Assembly (NCBI GenBank): GCA_902493595.1
Contig: CABUPU010000003.1
Coordinates: forward strand, 19,208-83,207
DNA: 64,000 nucleotides
DNA from: an uncultured Mycoplasma sp.
GTDB lineage: Bacteria > Bacillota_I > Bacilli_A > RF39 > UBA660
Reading direction: 5' to 3'
Made by a program: the position numbers and the translations under genes. Position 1 is the stretch's first letter. Each line of letters starts with the position of its first letter. Positions 1-9,074 of this stretch are shown here, piece by piece. The notes beneath the pieces were generated by a model. That model made no database searches. It saw only the letters and a list, made by a program, of their open reading frames with translations, and was not told the origin of the DNA.

Positions 1-904
1 CAATTTCAAGTGGATTTATCATACCAAAATCTCCACCTTTACCAAGGTCTAGGAAATCACCTTTCATCATATTAACCATTTCACCAAGTTCACCCTCTGG
101 GTCAATACAAACGCATTTTAAACCATTTCTTAAATGAGTTCTAAGAAGTAGTTTAGCTGCGGTACTTTTTCCTGAACCAGATGTACCAAGAATAATAATA
201 TTTGCATTATTACGATTATTTTCTTTTTTTATTTGAAATAAAAATTGATTATATAAAATTACACCACCGGACCTATCCATTCCAAGAAGTGTTCCAGTAC
301 CAGGATCTTTTACTGAATCAAATACAAAAGGATACATTCCCGCTATTGTAACTGAAGGAAGTGGAATACCAATTCTTTTTTCAATATCTTGTTCTGGGAA
401 TATTGGTATCATACTTTTTAAAGCTTTTTCTTGTTCAAACATTAAAGATACTGCTCTCATACCAAGTGCATCAATATAATTTCTAACTTGAATTTTAGTA
501 AGTTCTAAGGCATCTTTAGAATCTGCTGAAACCATTAAATGCATTTGAAAATCAAATATTCTTGCTTGTGATGAAGCAAGCATAGAAATAAATTGTTCCA
601 AAGATTCATAATCTTGTCTAATTCTTTCTTGAGTTGTTTGATCTTTTTCTTGCTGATATCTAATTTTTAAATCCGCTATTTCTTTATTTAACATCTTTTT
701 TAAAATTTCAAATGAAATAGGAATATGTTTTATAGCAAGTCTAACTCCAGGAATATTCGTAATATCAGATAAATAACCTGGGAATATACTTCTTGGATAA
801 CCGACAACTGTCATAATTGTATAGTATTTATCTCCAAGCATAAATTCTGTAGCTGGTCTAAAATTAATACCTTTAGGTGCTACTTCACTTTTAAGTTTAC
901 TCAT
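1..904 (-). CDS. VirB4/TcpF-like conjugative T4SS ATPase, N-proximal part only (gene runs off the window start)
   Basis: Absent from the ORF track because it is truncated. Minus-strand translation from ATG 904..902 gives MSKLKSEVAPKGINFRPATEFMLGDKYYTIMTVVGYPRSIFPGYL... The frame is open to position 1. Walker A LGTSGSGKST is encoded at about 161-190. Confidence 0.8.
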   Translation of the reverse strand, partial: MSKLKSEVAPKGINFRPATEFMLGDKYYTIMTVVGYPRSIFPGYLSDITNIPGVRLAIKHIPISFEILKKMLNKEIADLKIRYQQEKDQTTQERIRQDYESLEQFISMLASSQARIFDFQMHLMVSADSKDALELTKIQVRNYIDALGMRAVSLMFEQEKALKSMIPIFPEQDIEKRIGIPLPSVTIAGMYPFVFDSVKDPGTGTLLGMDRSGGVILYNQFLFQIKKENNRNNANIIILGTSGSGKSTAAKLLLRTHLRNGLKCVCIDPEGELGEMVNMMKGDFLDLGKGGDFGMINPLEI

Positions 905-905
905 A

Positions 906-1472
906 TTACATCACCGCCCTAAAATTAGTAGATATACCATCATTTAAATAATTATCAAGAAGCATTCTTAAATCAGCATTACTAGTTTGTGTAGAATTAA
1001 GTCCTGCATTACTAAGACCACTTATTAAAGTATGTAATTTTTTTTGAACTAATTCCATCTTCTTTTCTTTAAATAAAAATGTATATTCTGTATCAACTAC
1101 ATTATAATCTCTACTCATAAATAGATTTGCTTTATTAATATCTTGCATAATAAGTTTTCTAATAGCACTATTAGGATTTTTATTATATTCAACTTGTAAT
1201 TCATTAAGGTATAAACTTATATCAACAGGTCTATCTGATACAAGAAGCCAAAAATCAAAATCTAGAGTATTATAAAATGTTGATAAATTAAATAATGTAG
1301 CATTTTGACTTTGTTCATCTAATATAAATATATTTTTTGGACTAACCTTAACTCCAGTTACATAATAACCGTCCTCAGTTAAAATCATTCCATTATTAAT
1401 TGACTTAATAGGAAGCCAATCTTCTGCATATTTTACCCCGCTTGGAGCACTATTACTGTTCATTTGTGTCAT
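906..1472 (-). CDS. Conjugation protein resembling the N-terminal domain of Firmicute VirB4/TcpF ATPases (separate ORF here)
   Basis: 188 aa. The pattern WLPIKSINNGMILTEDGYYVTGVKVSPKNIFILDEQSQ matches the N-terminal region of Tn916-Orf16/TcpF-type ATPases as I recall it. The stop at 906-908 is 1 nt before the ATG of the ATPase ORF. Confidence 0.55.
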   Translation of the reverse strand: MTQMNSNSAPSGVKYAEDWLPIKSINNGMILTEDGYYVTGVKVSPKNIFILDEQSQNATLFNLSTFYNTLDFDFWLLVSDRPVDISLYLNELQVEYNKNPNSAIRKLIMQDINKANLFMSRDYNVVDTEYTFLFKEKKMELVQKKLHTLISGLSNAGLNSTQTSNADLRMLLDNYLNDGISTNFRAVM

Positions 1473-1770
1473 CTTTTACACACCAACCTTTCCAATAGTA
1501 TTTTCTTGTATTAGTATAAAAATCTAGCATATTATTAAGTAGTTGCATAACATTATGATAGTTTCTTACCGGCATTACAAGACCTGCAGCAATAAGCACA
1601 GGTATTATAGCAATTATTAATTCACCAGTTGTTGGATTTTTTAAGATAATTAATAATGCTATAGTAATTGCCGCACCAATTAAACAAAGTATTAAATCTG
1701 GCCAAGTAAAGAAGCCAAATATTAATTGTGACTTTTTACTATTGGCAGGCACTAAATATTGATTTCTCAC
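1453..1770 (-). CDS. TcpE/VirB3-like small 2-TM conjugation membrane protein
   Basis: 105 aa with two hydrophobic helices. GTG start has an AAGGAGG 8 nt upstream. Located immediately upstream of the VirB4 module. Confidence 0.6.
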   Translation of the reverse strand: MRNQYLVPANSKKSQLIFGFFTWPDLILCLIGAAITIALLIILKNPTTGELIIAIIPVLIAAGLVMPVRNYHNVMQLLNNMLDFYTNTRKYYWKGWCVKDDTNEQ

Positions 1771-1790
1771 TAGTATTTCCTCCTTTTATA

Positions 1791-4085
1791 TTATTTATGA
1801 TATTTATCATTGTAACTTGTAGCTTCAGATTTATGTTTATAAGAATCTGAATTCTTTTCTTGTTGTTTAAGTTTAGCAATTTGATCTAATTGTCCATCAA
1901 TTTCTTGAATTTGTTGTTCAATAACCCTCTTACTACGCTCATTTCCCATTAATCCTTGATCCAATTCAAAATTAATATTGCCAAGTTGTTTTGAAACTCC
2001 ATCGACCAAATCCCAACCTTTCGCAAGTCCGGCAGTTAATGCATTAATCTCTGCAGTTGTCATTAAATCACCATCCACATTTCTAGCAACACTTTGTGAA
2101 TTTAAATCGTCAATAAATTTATTGTAACTGGCAAGAACTTTTTTACTTTTATCAACATCGTGTTTTATACCATTTGCGTCAGAATATTGAGTTCCATTAG
2201 CAACAGCATCAACATATTTTTTAACCATTTCTTTTTGTTTCTCTGCAATAGCAATAGAACCTTTTTGATATTGAAAATTAGTGATTTTTCCTTGTTTATA
2301 CATTGAATCTAGTTGTTCCTTCATAGAAGTATAATTACCGGAAATTTTTGTTGCAGAAGAAGCACCAGCAGATTTAACACTAGCAACGGCTGCAGTATAT
2401 TCAGCAATTGACATATTTCCCTTATTAGCTTCAATTCTATCCAATTCTTTTAAAGTATCATCTGAATAAATCATTTGACTTTCAATAATCTTTGAATCAG
2501 ATTTACTTAAATCAGAAATTGCAGCATTTTTTAGGGCATCTTGTGAAGCAATTAAAATACCATTATCACCTTTTGCAGTTTGATTTTTACGCATCATATC
2601 TGTTATTTGAGAAACTTGAGTATTCAATTCATCCTTATTTTTCTGTAAATTTTCTATTGCTTTAACATCTAAAGTAATGTCATTACCATCCTTATCTTTG
2701 ATAGTAAATTTAGCATTTTCAATATGAAGATCAGCAGCTTCTTTTGAAGTTTCAAATCCAAAAGTTCTCCTTAGCCTATCAATCATAAGATCACCTGGAG
2801 TAGAATTTTCTAAAGCATGTTTAAATTGCCTTCTTCTTGTATCCTCAGCACCAATGTTATGAAAATCAGCATTTTTAAAACCATGTTTTGCCCCTCTAAT
2901 AAATGCAAGAGGATTACCCCTAGATGTTACAAGAGATCCAACTGCATTTCCCGCAGCAAAAACACCACCTTCTTTAAGTTTATCCTTAATACCAAGTTTC
3001 ATATCACCATCACCAAATCCGAATAAATCAGATAAAAGTTTTGGAGCTTGCCTCATAAACATAACAATTCCTAATATTAATAAACATTTTGCAATTAGAT
3101 TTAAGAACCAACTTCCTGTATTCTCTAAACCTAAATCAATTCTATCACTACAAATAATGGATATCAAAAAGACACCAAAATTCATAACAATTATTCTAGT
3201 AAAAACAGCTATAAAAGTTTTAGTTGTATTAGAAAGCCATTTTTTAAATACATCTTCCATTTTAGGAATAACATTACAAAATATTGCTATAGGAGCTATT
3301 ATTTCAAAAAATGCTAATTTGCATATTCTAAGTGCCATATCAAAACAAAATGAAACTATTGCATAAACTAGAAAACCACCAACTATTAAAGCAATTAACC
3401 ATTGAAAATCTATATCACCTTCGTGAATATTTAAAGCAAATGCTTGATAAAAGCCAAAGTTTCCTGACTGCAAAGCAAATTCATCAACTTGTTTTAATGT
3501 ACATTCACCCTCTTTGCAACCATAGGATTCACCATCCATGGTAATAGCATATTCAGATTTGTTAGTAACTTCACTTCGAGCTGCTTCCGGATCGGCTGAA
3601 TTATCCACATTTGGAGTAAAAAAAGGAATAAACGAATTAACAGCCATACTAATACCAGCATTTTCAATTGTCTCAGCACCAGTATCACTAGTTCCTGTGA
3701 ATAAAGAATTTAAAACATTTGATTCTAAAATAGCATTCTGAAGTCCAAACATAAAAGAAAAAATAGATGGAATTAATGCAAGTAAAACGATTGCCATTAC
3801 TAATTTCTGAAGAATCTTTTTACCATCAACACCACTTTTGGAATTCTCTGGATCTACAATTTTAACTAAAATGCCATATGCAAGTGCAAAGAGCATTACA
3901 ATACTTAATATTTCATACATATTTTTAGTTATTATATTAAAATCATCATTATTAAAAATTTGTGCTTTTGCTAAAACCAAAAAAATCCTGTAAGCACTAT
4001 TTACAAGTTTAAAAATGCCACCTACAAGGCTAATAATTATTTTCCAAAATGCTTCAGCGACATCATCTATAATATCTAATATCAT
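1791..4085 (-). CDS. Polytopic membrane protein with C-terminal coiled coil (VirB6/TcpH-like channel component)
   Basis: 764 aa. The N-terminal 400 aa have multiple TM helices; the C-terminal half is hydrophilic and heptad-rich. Position is within the T4SS operon. Confidence 0.55.
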   Translation of the reverse strand: MILDIIDDVAEAFWKIIISLVGGIFKLVNSAYRIFLVLAKAQIFNNDDFNIITKNMYEILSIVMLFALAYGILVKIVDPENSKSGVDGKKILQKLVMAIVLLALIPSIFSFMFGLQNAILESNVLNSLFTGTSDTGAETIENAGISMAVNSFIPFFTPNVDNSADPEAARSEVTNKSEYAITMDGESYGCKEGECTLKQVDEFALQSGNFGFYQAFALNIHEGDIDFQWLIALIVGGFLVYAIVSFCFDMALRICKLAFFEIIAPIAIFCNVIPKMEDVFKKWLSNTTKTFIAVFTRIIVMNFGVFLISIICSDRIDLGLENTGSWFLNLIAKCLLILGIVMFMRQAPKLLSDLFGFGDGDMKLGIKDKLKEGGVFAAGNAVGSLVTSRGNPLAFIRGAKHGFKNADFHNIGAEDTRRRQFKHALENSTPGDLMIDRLRRTFGFETSKEAADLHIENAKFTIKDKDGNDITLDVKAIENLQKNKDELNTQVSQITDMMRKNQTAKGDNGILIASQDALKNAAISDLSKSDSKIIESQMIYSDDTLKELDRIEANKGNMSIAEYTAAVASVKSAGASSATKISGNYTSMKEQLDSMYKQGKITNFQYQKGSIAIAEKQKEMVKKYVDAVANGTQYSDANGIKHDVDKSKKVLASYNKFIDDLNSQSVARNVDGDLMTTAEINALTAGLAKGWDLVDGVSKQLGNINFELDQGLMGNERSKRVIEQQIQEIDGQLDQIAKLKQQEKNSDSYKHKSEATSYNDKYHK

Positions 4086-4146
4086 AATTACTCCTATTCC
4101 AATACTATAAATATAGTATATTATATTTTTTTATTTTTTACAATAA

Positions 4147-4605
4147 TTATGGATTAATAGTTGTTGTACTATTGTCATTTTTCTTACCATTATTTTTTTT
4201 ATTGCCTGAGTTATTTTTTTTGTTTGAAGAAACTCCAGGACATCTACTATAATCCAAAATACATTCGCTACATTTAGTAAAATCACTTTTTACATCTTCA
4301 GCACCATCAATTAAGTCAATAAAAGCAATTAATATTGTAGGAAGTAAGAATACTAATAAACCTACAATCAATTTAATAACTAAAGATGTTATTTCTTTAG
4401 AAAAATCGCGTTCATCTGAAGCAACTGCCTTTGTAAGTGATATAACACCGGTAACAATTAAAATAATTGGAACAAGTATTTTTGCAATATTAAATAATAT
4501 AGCAATAAATTTTAAAACCTTAACAACATTTTCATTGGTACAAGAAAATGCCTCTAAAGGATCACCATCTAATACAAATGTTTTAAATAACATACAAATC
4601 ACCAT
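4147..4605 (-). CDS. Small 2-3 TM protein, pilin-like (VirB2/TrbC-like hairpin), Cys-containing N/K-rich tail
   Basis: 152 aa. The likely true start is the internal ATG at 4593 (GGTGA 5 nt upstream). The TM hairpin motif ...KAVASDE...FLLP... is shared with the C-terminus of ORF 4710..5798. Confidence 0.5.
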   Translation of the reverse strand: MVICMLFKTFVLDGDPLEAFSCTNENVVKVLKFIAILFNIAKILVPIILIVTGVISLTKAVASDERDFSKEITSLVIKLIVGLLVFLLPTILIAFIDLIDGAEDVKSDFTKCSECILDYSRCPGVSSNKKNNSGNKKNNGKKNDNSTTTINP

Positions 4606-4709
4606 TTAAATTATATAATAAAGTTAATACTTTTACAATAAAATGAAGTTTATTTCTTTATTATTCTATATTTTTTTGATAAAATAGATTTATAAAAGGT
4701 TGGTGTATT

Positions 4710-5798
4710 ATGAAAAAATTAATTAAATATATTTGTTTAGTTATAATGTTAGCATTTTTTTTTATTACAAATGTTTATGCTTATGGGTGTAAAAGTGGCG
4801 ATATTGAGGTAAGAACTAGTTCATCTGGTGCTGTTTCTTCAAGAACATTTACATTAACTGATAAACAAAACCGTACCTGTACAGTTACATTAAAATCAGC
4901 CTCTGGTGGTCGACAGATAAGATATTATATAGAAGTTGATGGTGAAGATCAGTCAAATAGAAAAAATTACTCTTGTAAAGATACAAATGTTAAATTCAGT
5001 TTAGATGGTGATATTTCAAAAGGATTTAATTTAGAGAATATCCAATGTTCCTATTCTTCAACTAATAATAAATTTAGCATTTCTGGTATTTCTGGCAACG
5101 GTTCATATGGTTCGGCCAAAAGTTGTACTGGAGATGATTATTTATTTACAAAAGATGGTAAAACATGCAAAGTTGTTATTAATATTAATGAGTATAAACA
5201 GGTTACACTAAAATATGGCGATAAAGATGATTGGAAAAATGCTACATCAAAATCCAATCCAGAAGTAAGTGAATTTGATTGCGTTGTTGGCAATTCAACA
5301 ATTCATATAAAATCTGATACAAAAATAGCAAATGGTTATTTAACAAAATGTCCAAAATTATCCGCTGATGTTGATTCAGACCTTGACAATTCCGATGGAG
5401 ACCACACAGAAAGAAACGACACAAATACCACTATTAATCCAGACGAGGATTATGATCACGGTATTGGAGATCTTATCAGTAAATGGTTTGGCGGTGGTAA
5501 TAATGGCAATATGACTGCTGGAGAAATGAATTGTAACAATGTAATTAAAGGAACTTTAGGTCAGTATCTAACTAAAATTTTTAGTATAATGAAATACTTA
5601 GGAATTGTATTATGTGTTGGAATGACAATATATGAATTTGTTAAAGCATTATTAGATAGTGATAAAGAAGTTATGAATAAACTTGTTAAAAAGGCATTTA
5701 CAAGATTAATTTTAGTCGCAGTACTATTCTTCTTACCTCTATTTGTTAATCTATTAGTAAGTATATTCGTAGACAATCCATGTCCAATTAATTTTTAA
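4710..5798 (+). CDS. Secreted Cys-rich protein with C-terminal pilin-like 2-TM domain
   Basis: 362 aa with an N-terminal signal peptide (MKKLIKYICLVIMLAFFFITNVYA). The C-terminal hairpin IVLCVGMTIYEFVKALLDSDKE...LFFLPLFVNLL is paralogous to ORF 4147..4605. Confidence 0.6.
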   Translation: MKKLIKYICLVIMLAFFFITNVYAYGCKSGDIEVRTSSSGAVSSRTFTLTDKQNRTCTVTLKSASGGRQIRYYIEVDGEDQSNRKNYSCKDTNVKFSLDGDISKGFNLENIQCSYSSTNNKFSISGISGNGSYGSAKSCTGDDYLFTKDGKTCKVVININEYKQVTLKYGDKDDWKNATSKSNPEVSEFDCVVGNSTIHIKSDTKIANGYLTKCPKLSADVDSDLDNSDGDHTERNDTNTTINPDEDYDHGIGDLISKWFGGGNNGNMTAGEMNCNNVIKGTLGQYLTKIFSIMKYLGIVLCVGMTIYEFVKALLDSDKEVMNKLVKKAFTRLILVAVLFFLPLFVNLLVSIFVDNPCPINF

Positions 5799-5805
5799 TA
5801 AAAAA

Positions 5806-5830
5806 ATCACGATTATTTCGTGGTTTTTAT
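5806..5830 (+). terminator. Rho-independent terminator (A-run before, T-run after: probably bidirectional)
   Basis: The stem tcacga/tcgtgg is followed by ttttt, directly after the stop of ORF 4710..5798. Confidence 0.5.
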
Positions 5831-5997
5831 TTTGTCTTATTACTTTTCTTTTTGTTAGGTACTAATTTTACTTTAACACCTTTATATCTAGCAAATTCAT
5901 ATTTTACGCCTTCGGGTAAATTTTTCTTTAACTTTTTCATCAATCTCACTCCTTGCAAGCAAGATTATAGCATAAAATGTGTCTTTGTTACAAGTAT

Positions 5998-6237
5998 TTA
6001 TTTTCTATTATTAAAATTATTTGCACTTATAGCCTTAAAAATATCTCTTTTTTCTTTATTAATGTGATTATTTTGAGATATTTCATTAACTTTTTTACGA
6101 TTAATTTCAAAATTTATCTCATTTATTTGTGATTTAACTTTTTGTATTTGACCAATATCTCCATTATTTGAATATAATGAATTAAGTTGTCCTTGCATCT
6201 TATATTTTTTTTCTTTTAAATAATCTATTCTATCCAT
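5998..6237 (-). CDS. Hypothetical small coiled-coil protein
   Basis: 79 aa. The stop abuts the start of nothing conserved, and it lies 1 nt downstream of the pentapeptide-repeat gene. Confidence 0.4.
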   Translation of the reverse strand: MDRIDYLKEKKYKMQGQLNSLYSNNGDIGQIQKVKSQINEINFEINRKKVNEISQNNHINKEKRDIFKAISANNFNNRK

Positions 6238-6238
6238 T

Positions 6239-6850
6239 TTATTTAAACCTCACTCCTAAACTACCCACTATAAACTGACTTTGTAATGGGTCTATTACAG
6301 CGCCATATATTGAATAATTATCAAATACTATTTCACTAATATCATTATTTGAAAAATCTATATTATATAGTTTTGTTTGTAAAAATTCTGCTTTATTAAA
6401 ATTATTATTATCAAGTTCTATATTTTTAAACTTAGTTTCTGTAAAATAACTTTCTGACATATTTGAATTAGTTATTTTTATTTTATTCATACTAGTTCCA
6501 GAAAAATTAACATATTTTAATGTAGAATTATCTATTAAAATATCCTTTAATGATGCATTAATAAATGAACTTCCTAATAATTTGCAACTATTAAACTCAC
6601 ATCTTTCAATTAATTTTTCATCAAAATTTTTATTTGATAAATCACAAGATTCAAAAATGCAGTCTAAAAAATTTACATTAATTAATTCAATAAGTGAAAA
6701 ATCTATGTTCTTAAATATACAACTATCAAAATCAATATCTTCGATTATAACTTTATTTTCTGGATTTTTTGTAAACGATGCATTTTTATAAACATTATCC
6801 ATGAAAATAAATTCCTCAGTAAATTTAATTTTAGGTTTTATTATATTCAT
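6239..6850 (-). CDS. Pentapeptide-repeat protein, Qnr/MfpA-like (DNA mimic; topoisomerase protection type)
   Basis: 203 aa of tandem A(D/N)LXX-type pentapeptides (NFLDCIFESCDLSNKNFDEKLIERCEFNSCKLLGSSFINASL...). The C-terminal tail IYGAVIDPLQSQFIVGSLGV resembles the Gram-positive Qnr tail (LSGLKVTPEQAIYLASALGL). Confidence 0.8.
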   Translation of the reverse strand: MNIIKPKIKFTEEFIFMDNVYKNASFTKNPENKVIIEDIDFDSCIFKNIDFSLIELINVNFLDCIFESCDLSNKNFDEKLIERCEFNSCKLLGSSFINASLKDILIDNSTLKYVNFSGTSMNKIKITNSNMSESYFTETKFKNIELDNNNFNKAEFLQTKLYNIDFSNNDISEIVFDNYSIYGAVIDPLQSQFIVGSLGVRFK

Positions 6851-6924
6851 TAAATCAGTTCCTCAATAACATTTTAACATATTTATACATATAAAAAAAG
6901 CATAACTAAATATGCTTCTTTATA

Positions 6925-8004
6925 CTATTTTTGTTTTGCATCAATAGTAATAGTCTTACTACAATATTTTGTAGCATTATCTAATTCATAACCACTTGGA
7001 CAAGTAAAAATCTTATTAATTTTTATGTCACACATACCACTAGAATTTAATGGTTCACCTTTAGAACATCCTAATACTGCTGGAGTTTTTGCAGCATAAC
7101 ATCCATGATCATAGTAAAGTCTTCCTGAAGAAACATCACAAGAATCTTTATCTGTCGTATACACTAGTTTATGATAACACATGTTATTATCCTCATCTAA
7201 TTTTGCATCATCACCATTATAACCAGCATAATCATCACAATAATAATAAGGATCTACTTCATCGTAACAATATTCACTATTCCATGCCCCACCTTTATAT
7301 CCAATAGGACATTTACCATTTGCTTTTACAGTATCAACTTTAATACATTTTTTATCAGATAAAGTAAAATCACTATCACAATAATAAGTTACAGGTTGAG
7401 TTTTAGTATCGGTAACATTATTTGATTTCTTATCTTCCTCTTTAATTTTTTCCCAATTTGCATATAATGTGGTGCTTTCCGCTAATAAAGCTCCATTATA
7501 AATTGGTTTACCATTTTTATCAGTCCATCCTTTGAATGTATAACCATTTAAAGTTGGACTTTTAGGTAAAGTAAGTTTTTTCCCTTTATTAAGGGTAATT
7601 GATTGTACTTTACTTCCACCCTTTGAATCAAAAGAAATAGTTATTTTTTTAGTATCCTCATTTTCTAAGGTAATATCATATATTGCTTTTAATTTTATAT
7701 TTTTATTAATTTTTGTTTTAAAATCAAAAGGCTCTTTTGCTAAAATTTCTTCATTTTCTTTCTTTTCAACTACCTCATACCAAGTTGCATTTAAACCATC
7801 TGTATTTTCGATATCTTTTTTATTTATGGCCTTATTATACTTGATTTGAACAATTTTAGTTTTTGTTCCATCACTATAATCTAAAGTGATATCAAACTTT
7901 CGATTGAAAAACCATAATAAGAAAATTATAATTACAAGTAATATAGCACCACTTATTACTCCAATTAACAATTTCCTTTTTTTGTCGTTTTTAGACATAC
8001 GCAA
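6925..8004 (-). CDS. Membrane-anchored surface protein with Listeria-Bacteroides (InlB B-type) repeat and Cys-rich C-terminal domain
   Basis: 359 aa with an N-terminal TM helix. Repeat: ITISFDSKGGSKVQSITLNKGKKLTLPKSPTLNGYTFKGWTDKNGKPIYN...LYANWEK. The last 150 aa contain at least 14 Cys. Confidence 0.7.
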   Translation of the reverse strand: MRMSKNDKKRKLLIGVISGAILLVIIIFLLWFFNRKFDITLDYSDGTKTKIVQIKYNKAINKKDIENTDGLNATWYEVVEKKENEEILAKEPFDFKTKINKNIKLKAIYDITLENEDTKKITISFDSKGGSKVQSITLNKGKKLTLPKSPTLNGYTFKGWTDKNGKPIYNGALLAESTTLYANWEKIKEEDKKSNNVTDTKTQPVTYYCDSDFTLSDKKCIKVDTVKANGKCPIGYKGGAWNSEYCYDEVDPYYYCDDYAGYNGDDAKLDEDNNMCYHKLVYTTDKDSCDVSSGRLYYDHGCYAAKTPAVLGCSKGEPLNSSGMCDIKINKIFTCPSGYELDNATKYCSKTITIDAKQK

Positions 8005-8108
8005 TCCTCCTTACGTACATTATACTATAACATTTCAATTTTTAAAACTAAAAAACATCATTTACTTATCATAAAAATTTTATTAAAATATAATTGGGTG
8101 AATAAATT

Positions 8109-9053
8109 ATGATTAAAAATATAAATAATAATAAAATAATTATGATAACTCATATTGCAGATATTGATGGTATGGGTTCATTAATACTTGCTAAAAAACA
8201 TTACAGTAATATTGATTATATATTATGTGAAATAAATGAATTAATAGAGGTTTTTAGTTCAATAGATTATTCTAAATATGAAATAATATATGTATGCGAT
8301 CTTGCACTATCTAAAACAATATTAAATTATTTAAACAAGCATCCAGAAATTACTAATAAGATAAAGCATTTCGATCATCACGAAATAATAGAAAATTCTC
8401 CATATTATGTAAATAGTATAATTTATTTAAATGGTAAACCTACTTGCGGTACACAGTTGTTTTATAATTATTTACTAACTTTAGATACTAAATTTAATAA
8501 TAAGTTTTATAAAACTTTTGTAGAGGCAACTAGAGAACAAGACAATTTTGATTTTGGTGATGAAGAATATAATGCTAAATTACTTGCATTTACGCATGCT
8601 TTAATTGGCCCTGAAGAATATATAAACTTAATATGTAATCTAAATGATAATGATGATTTTAAACTGCCTAAAATATATGAAAACTTATATAAATCAGATT
8701 TAAAAAAACAAAAAGAATATATTGAATTTATAAATAAAAATTTATGTATTACTGATTATAATGGTTATAAAGTTGGTGTAACCATTTGTGAGCAATATAG
8801 ATCTATAGTGGGAAATAGCATTTGTAAATTAAGACCAGAAATAGATTTTATAATAATAATTAATTTTAATCGGAATAGAGTTTCCTTAAGAAGTGTTAAA
8901 GAAAGTATAGATTTAAACGAAATTGGTAAAACATTTCATCCAGATGGTGGAGGTCATAAATTATCTGCTGGATTTTTAATAGATTCTAAATCAATATTAA
9001 AATTAAAACCATTTATAGATTTATATATAAATAATTTAACTTTAAAAAAATAA
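8109..9053 (+). CDS. DHH/DHHA1 family phosphoesterase (NrnA-like size)
   Basis: 314 aa with motifs HIADIDGMGS, VCDLA, FDHHE and GGGHKLSAGF. Confidence 0.8.
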   Translation: MIKNINNNKIIMITHIADIDGMGSLILAKKHYSNIDYILCEINELIEVFSSIDYSKYEIIYVCDLALSKTILNYLNKHPEITNKIKHFDHHEIIENSPYYVNSIIYLNGKPTCGTQLFYNYLLTLDTKFNNKFYKTFVEATREQDNFDFGDEEYNAKLLAFTHALIGPEEYINLICNLNDNDDFKLPKIYENLYKSDLKKQKEYIEFINKNLCITDYNGYKVGVTICEQYRSIVGNSICKLRPEIDFIIIINFNRNRVSLRSVKESIDLNEIGKTFHPDGGGHKLSAGFLIDSKSILKLKPFIDLYINNLTLKK

Positions 9054-9074
9054 ATTATTTTAAAAGGAGGTATA

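Larger units (their letters stand above)
1..5798. mobile_element. Partial conjugative element (Gram-positive type IV secretion module); extent to the right uncertain, continues off the window on the left
   Basis: Contiguous VirB4-like ATPase, TcpE/VirB3-like, VirB6/TcpH-like and pilin-like 2-TM genes. No integrase is visible in the window. Confidence 0.55.

Noticed and set aside
2817-3741. Several 60-70 aa ORFs (2817..3026+, 3157..3366+, 3332..3544+, 3494..3688-, 3538..3741+) inside the 764-aa membrane protein gene
   Set aside because: They are antisense or off-frame shadows within a long, well-supported ORF in AT-rich DNA. They have no RBS and no recognisable family.
5827-5940. 37-aa basic ORF (MKKLKKNLPEGVKYEFARYKGVKVKLVPNKKKSNKTK) on the minus strand with a GGAG RBS
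   Set aside because: It is plausible, but too short and compositionally simple to support from sequence alone. It is left unannotated.
8109-9053. DHH phosphoesterase as an element-encoded anti-CBASS/cyclic-nucleotide-degrading anti-defence factor
   Set aside because: Its size and all four motifs fit a housekeeping NrnA-type oligoribonuclease. Nothing in the sequence ties it to the conjugative element. This is pure speculation.
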